Made by a program: the position numbers and the translations under genes. Below are positions 27,317 to 36,362 of a stretch of 64,000 nt of DNA, one piece after another. The DNA is from Bdellovibrionales bacterium (GTDB taxonomy: Bacteria; Bdellovibrionota; Bdellovibrionia; Bdellovibrionales; UBA1609): the NCBI GenBank assembly GCA_028819545.1, contig JAPPLG010000016.1:5160-69159 (forward strand). Direction: 5' to 3'. Every line of letters starts with the position of its first letter. Within the stretch, counting starts at the first letter, position 1. Under the pieces are notes generated by a model, which was not told the origin of the DNA, did not search any database, and worked only from the letters and a program-made list of their open reading frames with translations.

Positions 27317-28021
27317 CTAGCTGAAAGCTATAAAATACGGCAAAGCCAAACCAAAACAAAGGGCTATAAATAAGAAAAAAAGTAAAGCATGAACCCAGCC
27401 CATAGTATAAGTCCAATTCTTAGTTTCTATTTTGGGTGGTTTTTTCGCCATTGTTAAAATTATGGACTCAAAATATTTAAACATCTTTACTGCTATGGCG
27501 TCATCCGGACGTGCTTTCATCAACTGGCTATAGCAATAAGAGCCAAAGGCAATATTGTTTTCACTAATACAATCAGAGGCAAACTCTTCATGTTTTTGAG
27601 TGGAGTCATAGTCAGTTAAAAGCTCTTCGAAAGTCTTTCTTAAAAAGAAAGAAGAAGGGGGCGCATTTTTCCTCCATTTGGCATTGTAAAAAGATTCTCC
27701 GCACTTTCCGCAATAAACACTTCCCTTTTTTGTGCTGGTGTAACAGTGTGGGCAGATTTTATGTTCATTGACCAATTTTTCTTTTTGGACAATAGGCTTT
27801 GTTTGAAAAACTTCAATTTTTTGATGTTGGTTAAAGCCCGCCCAAAAAATCTTATGGCAGGATAGACAGGAAAAAGAATAGTAATCTACAGGAAGTACAT
27901 CCTGTTTGCTGACTTTAAACACAGACCTACAAAATGGGCAGGATAAACTTTCCCACTCCAGATTCATTCTTTGTTGGCTTTCAAAACTCATTCGTTTATG
28001 CTTTATCACAATATGTTTCAT
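27317..28021 (-). CDS. Zinc-ribbon-containing membrane protein, hypothetical
   Basis: 234 aa with several CxxC pairs (CPFC, CLSC, CPHC, CGKC) and a C-terminal TM segment. Confidence 0.55.
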   Translation of the reverse strand: MKHIVIKHKRMSFESQQRMNLEWESLSCPFCRSVFKVSKQDVLPVDYYSFSCLSCHKIFWAGFNQHQKIEVFQTKPIVQKEKLVNEHKICPHCYTSTKKGSVYCGKCGESFYNAKWRKNAPPSSFFLRKTFEELLTDYDSTQKHEEFASDCISENNIAFGSYCYSQLMKARPDDAIAVKMFKYFESIILTMAKKPPKIETKNWTYTMGWVHALLFFLFIALCFGLALPYFIAFS

Positions 28022-29536
28022 AATGTGATGTATTTTTTCAAATTCTTTTCCCTGCCAATGCTCTCAGGAATTCTGGCCGCTACAAGCTATATTCCCTTTC
28101 CTCCCTGGGCTGTGCTTTTTTGCTTCATCCCCTTATGGCATTTTTGTTTAAAAAATACGCAGGAGATCAAAAAATTATTTATTGCAGGGTGGCTTACACA
28201 ATTCATTTGGACTCTGATTGGTTTTCACTGGGTGGCCTACACTATCCATATCTATGGAGGTTTTAACTGGTATATTTCAATAGCGGGGCTTTTGGCATTT
28301 TGTTCTTTTGCCCATATACATATTCCTCTAGCTCTTGTGGCGTGGTCTTATTTTATACGTTTGATTCCACCTGTTCAGTGGATGCGTCTTCTTGCTCTGG
28401 CTTCCTTAATTTCTCTCGCTCTTTCTCTTCCGATGCTTTTTCAATGGAACTTTGGATACACTTGGTTTTGGGCTAAATTTCCGATCTTTCATACAGCAGA
28501 GCTTTGGGGCTTTCAGTTTATATCGACTTTAACAATATTGCTTCAAGTTTGTTTTTATTCTTTAAGAAATAAAAAACTAATAGCCATTGGTTTAAGTTTT
28601 TTCTTTCTGCTCAATGTTTTTGGATTTGTTTTGGCAAAAAAACTGGGAGAGCCTGACTCCACAGCAAAGGTGCTTCTCGTACAACACAATATTGGAAGTA
28701 CAATGGAGCTTAGGGGGCTTCGTAGTGATATCTATCAAAAAGTTTCAAGCACACTAATAGATCTTACGACAAAAACCTTAGACAGCTCTGTAGATTTTAT
28801 TTTATGGCCTGAGGGGGCTTATCCATACTTAGTGTTAAAAGGCAAAAAATCCACTATAGATTTAAAAAAAACTGTACAAAATAAATTTCAAACAACTTTA
28901 ATTACAGGAGCTTCGACTCGTGTAGGAAGAGATATCACCAATTCCATTTTCTTTATTGATGCTAAGGGAAAGTTGAACCCCAGAAGATATGACAAAAATA
29001 TACTTCTGGCTTTTGGAGAATATATTCCCGGGGATCGTTGGTTCCCGCAATTGAGAAAGATTTTTTTAGGAAGCCACCAGGCTTTTAAGGCAGGAGAAGA
29101 GGGTCCCTCTGTCAGAGAAGTAAGAGGTATTCGTTTGGGTCTTCAAATTTGTTATGAGAGTTTGTCTGATTTATTTTCAAGAAGTTTATCTCAACAGAGT
29201 GCAGATATATTGATCAATCTGACAAATGACTCATGGTTTGGCTGGTGGTATGAGCCTTATCAGCATTTGTATATGACTTTTGCAAGGGGCATTGAACTGA
29301 GAAAGCCTATGGTGAGATCCACCACGACGGGCATTTCTTCGGCCATGGATGCTTATGGAAATATATTGGAGAAATCTCCTATCCGAGAGCCTTGGGCAAA
29401 AATTGTTGAGGTGCCTTACTCTTCAAAGCATCATCCCACTTTGTTTGAAGGCATTGGTTACTATATTAATGTGGTTGTTTTACTTCTTCTACTACTTACA
29501 CTTTTATCTTCCCGTTTCTTCCAAAAAAGAAAATAA
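27971..29536 (+). CDS. lnt: Apolipoprotein N-acyltransferase; true start probably 28013-28058
   Basis: N-terminal polytopic membrane part and a C-terminal CN-hydrolase domain with the LGLQICYES motif. The ORF-track start overlaps the divergent upstream gene. Confidence 0.88.
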   Translation: MLAFKTHSFMLYHNMFHNVMYFFKFFSLPMLSGILAATSYIPFPPWAVLFCFIPLWHFCLKNTQEIKKLFIAGWLTQFIWTLIGFHWVAYTIHIYGGFNWYISIAGLLAFCSFAHIHIPLALVAWSYFIRLIPPVQWMRLLALASLISLALSLPMLFQWNFGYTWFWAKFPIFHTAELWGFQFISTLTILLQVCFYSLRNKKLIAIGLSFFFLLNVFGFVLAKKLGEPDSTAKVLLVQHNIGSTMELRGLRSDIYQKVSSTLIDLTTKTLDSSVDFILWPEGAYPYLVLKGKKSTIDLKKTVQNKFQTTLITGASTRVGRDITNSIFFIDAKGKLNPRRYDKNILLAFGEYIPGDRWFPQLRKIFLGSHQAFKAGEEGPSVREVRGIRLGLQICYESLSDLFSRSLSQQSADILINLTNDSWFGWWYEPYQHLYMTFARGIELRKPMVRSTTTGISSAMDAYGNILEKSPIREPWAKIVEVPYSSKHHPTLFEGIGYYINVVVLLLLLLTLLSSRFFQKRK

Positions 29537-29780
29537 AACCAAAAGTGGTCTATCAATGCCCATTTTTGGTCACCTTTGATTATAAAAATATTAATCTTAA
29601 GAGTTTTAAATTTTTTAAACCTTCAAAAAGACTGATAAAAAATAAGACTCTTTAAGAAACTATGTGTTTTCAAAAAGCTGTCCATAAGTTTGCATGTCCT
29701 TTTTAGAGGAAATGAGCATATACATCTAAACATAAATCAACTTTGACATTTAACCATATATATGGCAGTATGGTAATAAG

Positions 29781-30074
29781 GTGTTAGAAATGTTGAAAAA
29801 AACTACAATATATCTTGAAGAAAGTGAGTTAAATAATTTAAAGGCTCTTTCCTTTTTGCAGAATAAATCTGTAGCAGAGTTAATTCGCCTTGGAGTAAAG
29901 AGAGTTTACAAGTCTGCTTCTCATGAAGAGAGGAAATTTTTGGAAACTCTAAATAAGATTAGGAAAAATGCGAAAACTAAGGGTTACTCCAATAAAAAGA
30001 TCATGAGTATGGCAATGACTGCACAAAAGGAAGTCCGAAGTGAACGTTACAAAAAGAAAACCCGCCGTTATTGA
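29781..30074 (+). CDS. Ribbon-helix-helix (CopG-like) antitoxin
   Basis: 97 aa. TTIYLEESELNNLKALSFLQNKSVAELIRLGVKRV has a beta-alpha-alpha pattern. The gene overlaps the PIN gene. Confidence 0.7.
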   Translation: MLEMLKKTTIYLEESELNNLKALSFLQNKSVAELIRLGVKRVYKSASHEERKFLETLNKIRKNAKTKGYSNKKIMSMAMTAQKEVRSERYKKKTRRY

Positions 30075-30477
30075 CACAAATATTATTGTCAGTGGCTTAT
30101 TAAGCAATATGGATGCTTACCCTTCCAAAATCATCAATGCTTGGTTATTAGGAGAAATTCAAGTAGCTTTCAGCGAAGAACTTAAGCAAGAGTTACATTG
30201 TGTGTTAAAAAAACCTTATATTCATAAATTGTTTCAAGGTCACAAATCTATAAGGCCTATCTTAGGGAGATTATATAATAAGTCCATAATGTTTAATCCA
30301 AAGACCATCAGTGAGGTAACTTTTCCAGATCCAACAGATCATTTTCTTTTAGAATTAGCTGTCACTGCTAAAGCTGTATTTATTGTAACTGGTGATAAAA
30401 AATTACTAGATATTAAGAAGGCAAGAGGGATTCAAATTCTTAGCCCTAAACAATTCTGTGCAAAATATAGGTTGTAA
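30040..30477 (+). CDS. PIN-domain toxin
   Basis: 145 aa with VIDTNIIVSGLL at the N-terminus, and later DPTDHFLLELA and FIVTGDKKLL acidic motifs. Confidence 0.8.
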   Translation: MNVTKRKPAVIDTNIIVSGLLSNMDAYPSKIINAWLLGEIQVAFSEELKQELHCVLKKPYIHKLFQGHKSIRPILGRLYNKSIMFNPKTISEVTFPDPTDHFLLELAVTAKAVFIVTGDKKLLDIKKARGIQILSPKQFCAKYRL

Positions 30478-30479
30478 TA

Positions 30480-30740
30480 CTACAAACATTGGGTGCTTAT
30501 AGTTTGGGTTTTGTTTTTTCTAAGTTCTTTTAGAACTTCCTGCAATAAAGCTTTTTGTTCTTCGTGATACCTCCTTTGGATAATAAGATCAAAAGTTTTT
30601 AAAACTTCCCTTTCACTTCGAGCAATCTTTATATTTTCTTTTTCTATATTTTGTTTTCTTACAGTTGATATTGTATAAGCTGTGCTGATTAACAACACCC
30701 CAATAGAAAAAGTGATTATAAGCCGATCTGTTTTATTCAC
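30480..30740 (-). CDS. Small single-TM coiled-coil protein (paralog of 35121-35378)
   Basis: 86 aa with a GTG start overlapping the upstream stop. Aligns along its whole length with the 85-aa protein at 35121-35378 (MNKxDR...IEKENI...CL). Confidence 0.55.
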   Translation of the reverse strand: MNKTDRLIITFSIGVLLISTAYTISTVRKQNIEKENIKIARSEREVLKTFDLIIQRRYHEEQKALLQEVLKELRKNKTQTISTQCL

Positions 30741-30915
30741 TTATTTCACCTTTTTCATCTAATTCCTTTTCTTCTTTTGTTAGAGCTTCTATTTTTTTAT
30801 CTATCATTCTTTCTGTGTCTTCATCTTTCCTTGTGATTGCTCTAAGACGTTCTTCCTGAAGAACTTCTAATTCTTTATTTATTTCAAACCTCCTTTGCTC
30901 ATTTTGATCTTTCAC
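30733..30915 (-). CDS. Small highly charged coiled-coil protein
   Basis: 60 aa with a GTG start preceded by a perfect AAGGAGGT Shine-Dalgarno sequence. Confidence 0.55.
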   Translation of the reverse strand: MKDQNEQRRFEINKELEVLQEERLRAITRKDEDTERMIDKKIEALTKEEKELDEKGEISE

Positions 30916-30964
30916 TTTTACCTCCTTTTAAAAAATTAGTTTTTCTTTTAACAACAAACTGAGT

Positions 30965-31141
30965 TCAAAGACTTACAGGACATAAAGAAGAACTAGATAC
31001 TGTAATACATCTTTCTCCTGTAACACATTTGTAACAACATATTTTATTCAAACCACTAGTTCTCTGATACAAGAAACTACAAAAAGCGTAAGTCCCTACT
31101 GTAAAGAAACTAACCATTAAAATAACAAATATTTTTTTCAT
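30965..31141 (-). CDS. Small secreted six-cysteine peptide (58 aa), below the ORF-track cutoff
   Basis: Own translation: MKKIFVILMVSFFTVGTYAFCSFLYQRTSGLNKICCYKCVTGERCITVSSSSLCPVSL. AAGGGGG Shine-Dalgarno 7 nt upstream, and a signal-peptide-like N-terminus. Confidence 0.5.
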   Translation of the reverse strand: MKKIFVILMVSFFTVGTYAFCSFLYQRTSGLNKICCYKCVTGERCITVSSSSLCPVSL

Positions 31142-31261
31142 GTTTTAACCCCCTTCTTGACAGAAAAGGCCGGGTTCTAAGAGCAAGGAACAAATTCTCC
31201 CTTATACTTCCGGCCTTGTTAAGCTGTGTGAAATTAACAAAGCACAGCCTAAGTTATTAAA

Positions 31262-31969
31262 TTAAGAACAAATTCCATTCGTATTAAAAATAGTAGCAGT
31301 ATCTCCTTCTCGATCTCCTACAACCCCATTGCTGTTTACGGTTGCACTATAATAATCAGCTCCTGCAACGTGTCCTCCAACTCCCATCCTATAAGATTCC
31401 ACATTAAGAATACATGCACTATCAGCTGTAGTACTGTTTTGTTTATGTTGACGACTAACTATATTAGTAGTAGGACAAGGAGTGTTTGTTCCTAATGCAC
31501 TGGCATCATCACCAAAACCTATAAAATTATCTTTCCCAGGTCCATATGTTGTTACAACACCATTATTTGTCCATGTACAACCAGTACCTAATGTACCTGC
31601 ACAAGTAGATGCTACTTGGAGTTCTGTAGTACCGACTAAAGCACAAGTTGCTCCTGTATGCTCACATTCTATAACTTGTCCATTTGCTTCTCCATATAAT
31701 TTACTAGATAAAAGCGATTCCATTCCAACACTTGAAATGGAAGCTTGTCTAGGTAAAGTTTCTCTTTCACAAAAAGAATCCAACTCAACTCCAAAAGCCA
31801 TCCATCCTTTATGAAGGCTAAGCATATCAGACTTATAAGCAGTCTTTTTTGCGGACTTCCTGTACTCATTGTAGGCAGGAATTGCTATCGCCGCCAAAGT
31901 TCCCATAATGGCCACAACGACCATCAATTCAACGAGTGAAAAACCTCGTTTTGATTTTAATTGGTTCAT
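31262..31969 (-). CDS. Type IV pilin-like protein (prepilin-type N-terminal cleavage/methylation domain)
   Basis: MNQLKSKRG|FSLVELMVVVAIMGTLAAIAIPAY is a class III signal. The C-terminal region is Cys-rich. AGGAGGG Shine-Dalgarno. No pilus assembly genes nearby. Confidence 0.8.
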   Translation of the reverse strand: MNQLKSKRGFSLVELMVVVAIMGTLAAIAIPAYNEYRKSAKKTAYKSDMLSLHKGWMAFGVELDSFCERETLPRQASISSVGMESLLSSKLYGEANGQVIECEHTGATCALVGTTELQVASTCAGTLGTGCTWTNNGVVTTYGPGKDNFIGFGDDASALGTNTPCPTTNIVSRQHKQNSTTADSACILNVESYRMGVGGHVAGADYYSATVNSNGVVGDREGDTATIFNTNGICS

Positions 31970-32006
31970 AAAAAACCCTCCTGTTATATTTAATTACTAC
32001 TTTTTA

Positions 32007-32017
32007 GTAGGTACCTA
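32007..32017. promoter_or_regulatory. GTAGGTACCTA motif upstream of the pilin gene (candidate XRE operator; related copy at 32563-32573)
   Basis: Contains the perfect palindrome TAGGTACCTA, 39-48 nt upstream of the pilin ATG. GTAAGTACCTA occurs 31-41 nt upstream of the XRE ATG. Confidence 0.35.
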
Positions 32018-32247
32018 TATATCGGTACTTTTTTATTTTTCATAAAAATTAAAAAATAGTCCACTGCTTTATTTAAAGAAGGGCGGAAAGTAGAGGATTA
32101 AATCTATAAAAAGGCTTAAAAATATAGTTTTTTTAGGAACTTATAGAAGTTACTCTTCAATTTATTGAAATAGAGTAAGACCTTAGTTGTGTTTCATTTA
32201 GAGACATGGTTCTATTTTTGAGTTTTCTGAATTGTCTTACTTTGGAT

Positions 32248-32532
32248 TTAATTTTTCAGACTTTTTAAACTGATCTTTTTGCTGAGCAAATTAATAGGTG
32301 TCACTTTTAAGGCCTTGGAAATAGCCGTTAACGTGCTGAAGTTTAAATTTTGAAGACATTTCTGCTCAATAGCCGCCACAGTGCTGATGGATAGTTTGGA
32401 TTTAAAGGCTAATTCCTGCTGTGTCATGCCTCTGTACTTTCTAACCATCTCCATATTTAAGGCAAAAGTATAAAGCAGATTTTTCAGCACCTCATCTTCT
32501 ATTTGAATGTCTAATTTTCTAGCTCTAGCCAT
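32248..32532 (-). CDS. XRE-family helix-turn-helix regulator
   Basis: 94 aa. RKYRGMTQQELAFKSKLSISTVAAIEQ is an HTH_3-type motif. Confidence 0.8.
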   Translation of the reverse strand: MARARKLDIQIEDEVLKNLLYTFALNMEMVRKYRGMTQQELAFKSKLSISTVAAIEQKCLQNLNFSTLTAISKALKVTPINLLSKKISLKSLKN

Positions 32533-32829
32533 ACAAATAAAATAAATGATTGTTCTTTATCTGTAAGTACCTACCTATTGATAGTTTATAACTCAAAATT
32601 AAAGAATTTTGCGATTTATCTGAGCCAAAAATTTAGATATGCACATGTGAAACAAGTCAGAATGATCTGGTCTCTTAGGATATGATTTTTTAAAGAAATA
32701 ATGACGAAGATCACCGCTAAAAAACACTTTGAGTGGTGATACCTTTTGGGATCTGCTTATTAGTCTGAAACAGCTTACATAAATGTAATTAAATATTTTG
32801 TAGTATATTGCATACAAAATAATTTATAG

Positions 32830-33699
32830 ATGTATTTAGATTGCTTAATATCCCAAGTATATCTCATAATGATAGTACCTGGAGAAATAGATATGGTAGG
32901 TATTACACCTCAAAATACACTCTATAAAACACAAATTCACATCTATAAAAGAAAGCTTATTGCTAGATACATCTTATTATTTGCATCTATCGCATTTGCT
33001 TTATATTTAATGTTAGATTGCCAATCTATACTGCCTCCTCAATTTCGTATAGTGCCTGAACTCTATAAAGGTATTACTTTCAATATCTCATCAGGCTATA
33101 CAGTCAGCTGGATATTCTACCTCATAGTCGTTTATCTACCCCAAAGAAGAAGAAAAGATAGAATTAAAAAAAATCTAGACATAAATTTCAGAATTTTCAA
33201 AAGAAGAGTTATTGAACAACTCCTTATGGCTTTGTACGGCCATTTTAAAGTAGAATTGTTGAATCAAAACAATCTTCTTGAACCCTCCGGCTTTAAAAGA
33301 TTTTTTGATCATAAAGTGGATAAAAATGCTCCTAAAAATAGTGATGAAAATGAGAAGCTTTCTGATGAAGAATGGCTGTCTGAATATGACAATAGATTAC
33401 ATGCCCTCTTGAATAAGATGAAACCTCAACAGCTGAAAGAAATAAAATTAGAGATTAAAGTATTTAATGCAAATTTATTATCAACCATTGAAAGTATCAA
33501 TATAGAAAATAAATTCGTTTTTGATAGATGTAAAAATTTACATGAATCTTTCTATCGTTTAGAAAAATCTGTACCAATCCACCCGGGCAGTGATTCGAAA
33601 GTCTTTATGGAGAGATTGTTAAATCTTTTTTCCCGCTGGCAGTATGTTGAAGGGCAAGTCAATGATGACCCCGTCAAACTGCTTATTCAGGAAATGTAA
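32830..33699 (+). CDS. Two-TM membrane protein with a helical C-terminal domain, hypothetical
   Basis: 289 aa with TM1 YILLFASIAFALYLML and TM2 VSWIFYLIVVYL followed by RRRKDR. The start may be the internal MVGITPQ (32893). Confidence 0.6.
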   Translation: MYLDCLISQVYLIMIVPGEIDMVGITPQNTLYKTQIHIYKRKLIARYILLFASIAFALYLMLDCQSILPPQFRIVPELYKGITFNISSGYTVSWIFYLIVVYLPQRRRKDRIKKNLDINFRIFKRRVIEQLLMALYGHFKVELLNQNNLLEPSGFKRFFDHKVDKNAPKNSDENEKLSDEEWLSEYDNRLHALLNKMKPQQLKEIKLEIKVFNANLLSTIESINIENKFVFDRCKNLHESFYRLEKSVPIHPGSDSKVFMERLLNLFSRWQYVEGQVNDDPVKLLIQEM

Positions 33700-33906
33700 A
33701 GAAAAACAGTTTAAAAAAATATAAAATGATTCCTTTTAAAACAAAGTCCTAAGTTAAAACATTAAAATGTGATTAAGAAGATATATTGGCGATAAAAAGC
33801 AAAAATTTTATTTTTACGTTTATTGAAAAATAAACTTTATTCTATCTAAAAACCCTATTTAAATCAAGTCTTTTTCCATGAAAATTATGAATACTACTTT
33901 TCGAAA

Positions 33907-33948
33907 ATATTAATAGGTTTTAAAGGCTTTGGTAAAACCTATTAATAT
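33907..33948. promoter_or_regulatory. Perfect 16-bp inverted repeat with a 10-nt spacer in the long AT-rich gap
   Basis: ATATTAATAGGTTTTA-aaggctttgg-TAAAACCTATTAATAT. It lies between the 2-TM gene and the MBL-like gene. Confidence 0.5.
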
Positions 33949-34198
33949 CATGATTTCATCTTGATAGCAATTATATATGTATTTTTATGCCTAATATTAT
34001 AAAATAATCCTTGCAAATTTGAAAATAGGACCATATAAGATGTTCCGCTAAAAAATATGGAGATGCTTCTTAACCTTTTTGTTCATCGTACTTTTCTGAT
34101 TACTTCAGATCCAAATCTATTTTTTGATTATTCTTCTAAAATAAAATTCCAAACTGGTTGGATCAGTTATTATGCAAACTCAAGGAGGTGTTAGCTGT

Positions 34199-34975
34199 AT
34201 GAGGATCACTGTTCATAGTGTAGGCGACGGTTTATGTATATCGTTAATTCATGATAACGGAACGACTATGCTTTGGGGTTGTGGACATAATGATCGTAAT
34301 AAACCATCAGATTTTCTATCTAAAATTGGGGTAAATACAATTGATGCACTTTTTATTACTAATTTTAACAAAAACCATATCAGTGACCTGCCTAATCTTT
34401 TTAGTAAATTTCATATACAAGCAATGTTTCAAAATGACAGTATTTCAGTAAGCCAGCTTCAAGCGTTAAAAATAAAACAGTCTGGAGAAATCTCTATTCC
34501 AACAAAGTGTATGCTTGATATGATGCGAACATATTCCAGAATGGAAGAGACTCCCCCCTCTTTATTGGAAGTAAACTATAAACTTTTTTATAATGAATAT
34601 TATTATGATTTTTATGACATAAATAATATTAGTCTTGTCACATTTCTAAAATGCAAAGGAAAGTGTTTTCTCATACCCGGAAACTTGGAAGTTTCCGGAT
34701 GGAGGCGTTTGTTAAAGAAAAGTCATTTTAAACTGGCACTACAAGACGTAAATGTATTTATAGCATCACACAATGGAAGAGGAATCGGCTACTATCCGGA
34801 AGTGTTCAATTTTTGCAACCCGGAAGTTATTGTCTGCTCAGATAGTCATATTCAGTGTGCCACTGAGGAAATGACTGGAATATACAAAAATCATGCGACA
34901 GGCATTCTATTCAATAATAAAAAAAGATATGTCTTATCAACACATAAAGATGGAACTATTTGTTGGTATTTATAG
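34199..34975 (+). CDS. ComEC/Rec2-type metallo-beta-lactamase-fold protein with a degenerate metal motif
   Basis: MRITVHSVGDGLCISL...; FITNFNKNHISDL sits where HxHxDH is expected; IASHNGR resembles the ComEC-type HHGS block. AAGGAGGT Shine-Dalgarno 9 nt before ATG 34199. Confidence 0.6.
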   Translation: MRITVHSVGDGLCISLIHDNGTTMLWGCGHNDRNKPSDFLSKIGVNTIDALFITNFNKNHISDLPNLFSKFHIQAMFQNDSISVSQLQALKIKQSGEISIPTKCMLDMMRTYSRMEETPPSLLEVNYKLFYNEYYYDFYDINNISLVTFLKCKGKCFLIPGNLEVSGWRRLLKKSHFKLALQDVNVFIASHNGRGIGYYPEVFNFCNPEVIVCSDSHIQCATEEMTGIYKNHATGILFNNKKRYVLSTHKDGTICWYL

Positions 34976-35120
34976 TCTATATAACAGATATAAAATCATT
35001 TTTTAACTATTCTTCATCACTAAAATGAAATATAGCATTCCCAAGCTTTGTTGTTGTACTGCCATTTGAGTGCACAATGGTATTACCTACTTTCATCATA
35101 TAACTACCGTCGGAATAGCT

Positions 35121-35378
35121 TTAAAGACATTTAGTTGCTTGTTGAATCCTATTTTCTTTAAGTTGATTGAGTATAGCATTTAAAGCGGCCATTTGCTGGT
35201 TATGATACTCACGCCATATTATTACGTTTTGTGTATCTGTCACCGTCTCCTCATGCTCGGACAATCTGATATTTTCTTTTTCAATACTTTGATACTTTAC
35301 TGTGGTAACCATATACATCATACTAATAAGAAAAACACCCACAGCCCCAATAAGAATACATCTATCTATTTTATTCAT
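35121..35378 (-). CDS. Small single-TM coiled-coil protein (paralog of 30480-30740)
   Basis: 85 aa, collinear with the 86-aa protein, including the C-terminal Cys-Leu. Confidence 0.55.
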   Translation of the reverse strand: MNKIDRCILIGAVGVFLISMMYMVTTVKYQSIEKENIRLSEHEETVTDTQNVIIWREYHNQQMAALNAILNQLKENRIQQATKCL

Positions 35379-35640
35379 TAAGATCCCTCTCTAAAAAAAT
35401 TTATAACAGGAAGGTTAAAATCATTTTAAGACCTACTGTATCATTATGAGTTTACTCACTGTTTCAGTCAAGATATTCCTATTTTTTTGCTTTGACTTCA
35501 TCTGATACACTCTTAGTTTTACAGAGTTTTTTAACCTGCTAAAAAAAGATCATCAAAAGAGTACGATATGACTGTCTCAAAATATCATACTGTTTTTATG
35601 TTCACAAAATTCATCATTTTAAGTAAAGTGCACAACATCT

Positions 35641-36348
35641 ATGAAAACATTTTTTAGCTTCCTTGTTTTTTTATCTATTTTTAACTGCGCAGGCCCTGAT
35701 TTTACCCCTAATTTTTCAAACGACCAATTTGTGGAACAAATACAAGGGGTTTATGAAAGCAATTACAAAAATACTGTTTTTGAAATATGGATTGAAAAGG
35801 CAAACCTGCCAGAAAGTGACATCCGCCATAGGAGCGGCTTAATCCAGGAAGCTTTATTTGTAATGGTTTTCGAAAAAAACAAGCGCACCGAAATCGAAAT
35901 GCTTTTAAGAAAATATCAAGATACTGATATGCTTGCACAAGACATATGCTCTTATGTGGAAAATTTGTCTTGGGGAACTCACGGCCTTTGGAGAGTTAAA
36001 AATATGGGTGGACTGGCGGGGCTGTCTGTCCCAGCAGATGCCACACAAAGCCCCACCATTCCCCTTGAAACTTTATTTTATATAGACTTTCCCACAAATG
36101 ATGAACATGGCTTTACATCTTTGGAGATAAATAACAGTGGTGAAGCTGTAAAAATTAGTTTTTTTGAAACAGGATTTATTAAAAAACCATGGAATTATTT
36201 TTTGACTTCTTCTATGCCAATACGAAAACAATCTAATAATACGCTGAACCTGCTCAGTCGATTTTATATTAACAGTGATCGAGCGAACCAAGAAATCCCT
36301 CCATCAACAAATCAATCAGACCGGCAGTCTTATTGTAACAAGTATTAA
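35641..36348 (+). CDS. Putative lipoprotein, hypothetical
   Basis: 235 aa. MKTFFSFLVFLSIFNCAG is a lipobox-like signal. Confidence 0.6.
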   Translation: MKTFFSFLVFLSIFNCAGPDFTPNFSNDQFVEQIQGVYESNYKNTVFEIWIEKANLPESDIRHRSGLIQEALFVMVFEKNKRTEIEMLLRKYQDTDMLAQDICSYVENLSWGTHGLWRVKNMGGLAGLSVPADATQSPTIPLETLFYIDFPTNDEHGFTSLEINNSGEAVKISFFETGFIKKPWNYFLTSSMPIRKQSNNTLNLLSRFYINSDRANQEIPPSTNQSDRQSYCNKY

Positions 36349-36362
36349 GTTCTTGTATTCAT

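Noticed and set aside
32599-32817. A 72-aa ORF between the XRE gene and the 2-TM gene, and a 66-aa ORF at 45694-45894.
   Set aside because: Both lie in AT-rich promoter-like intergenic DNA with no ribosome-binding site, no motifs and odd composition. They are probably non-coding.
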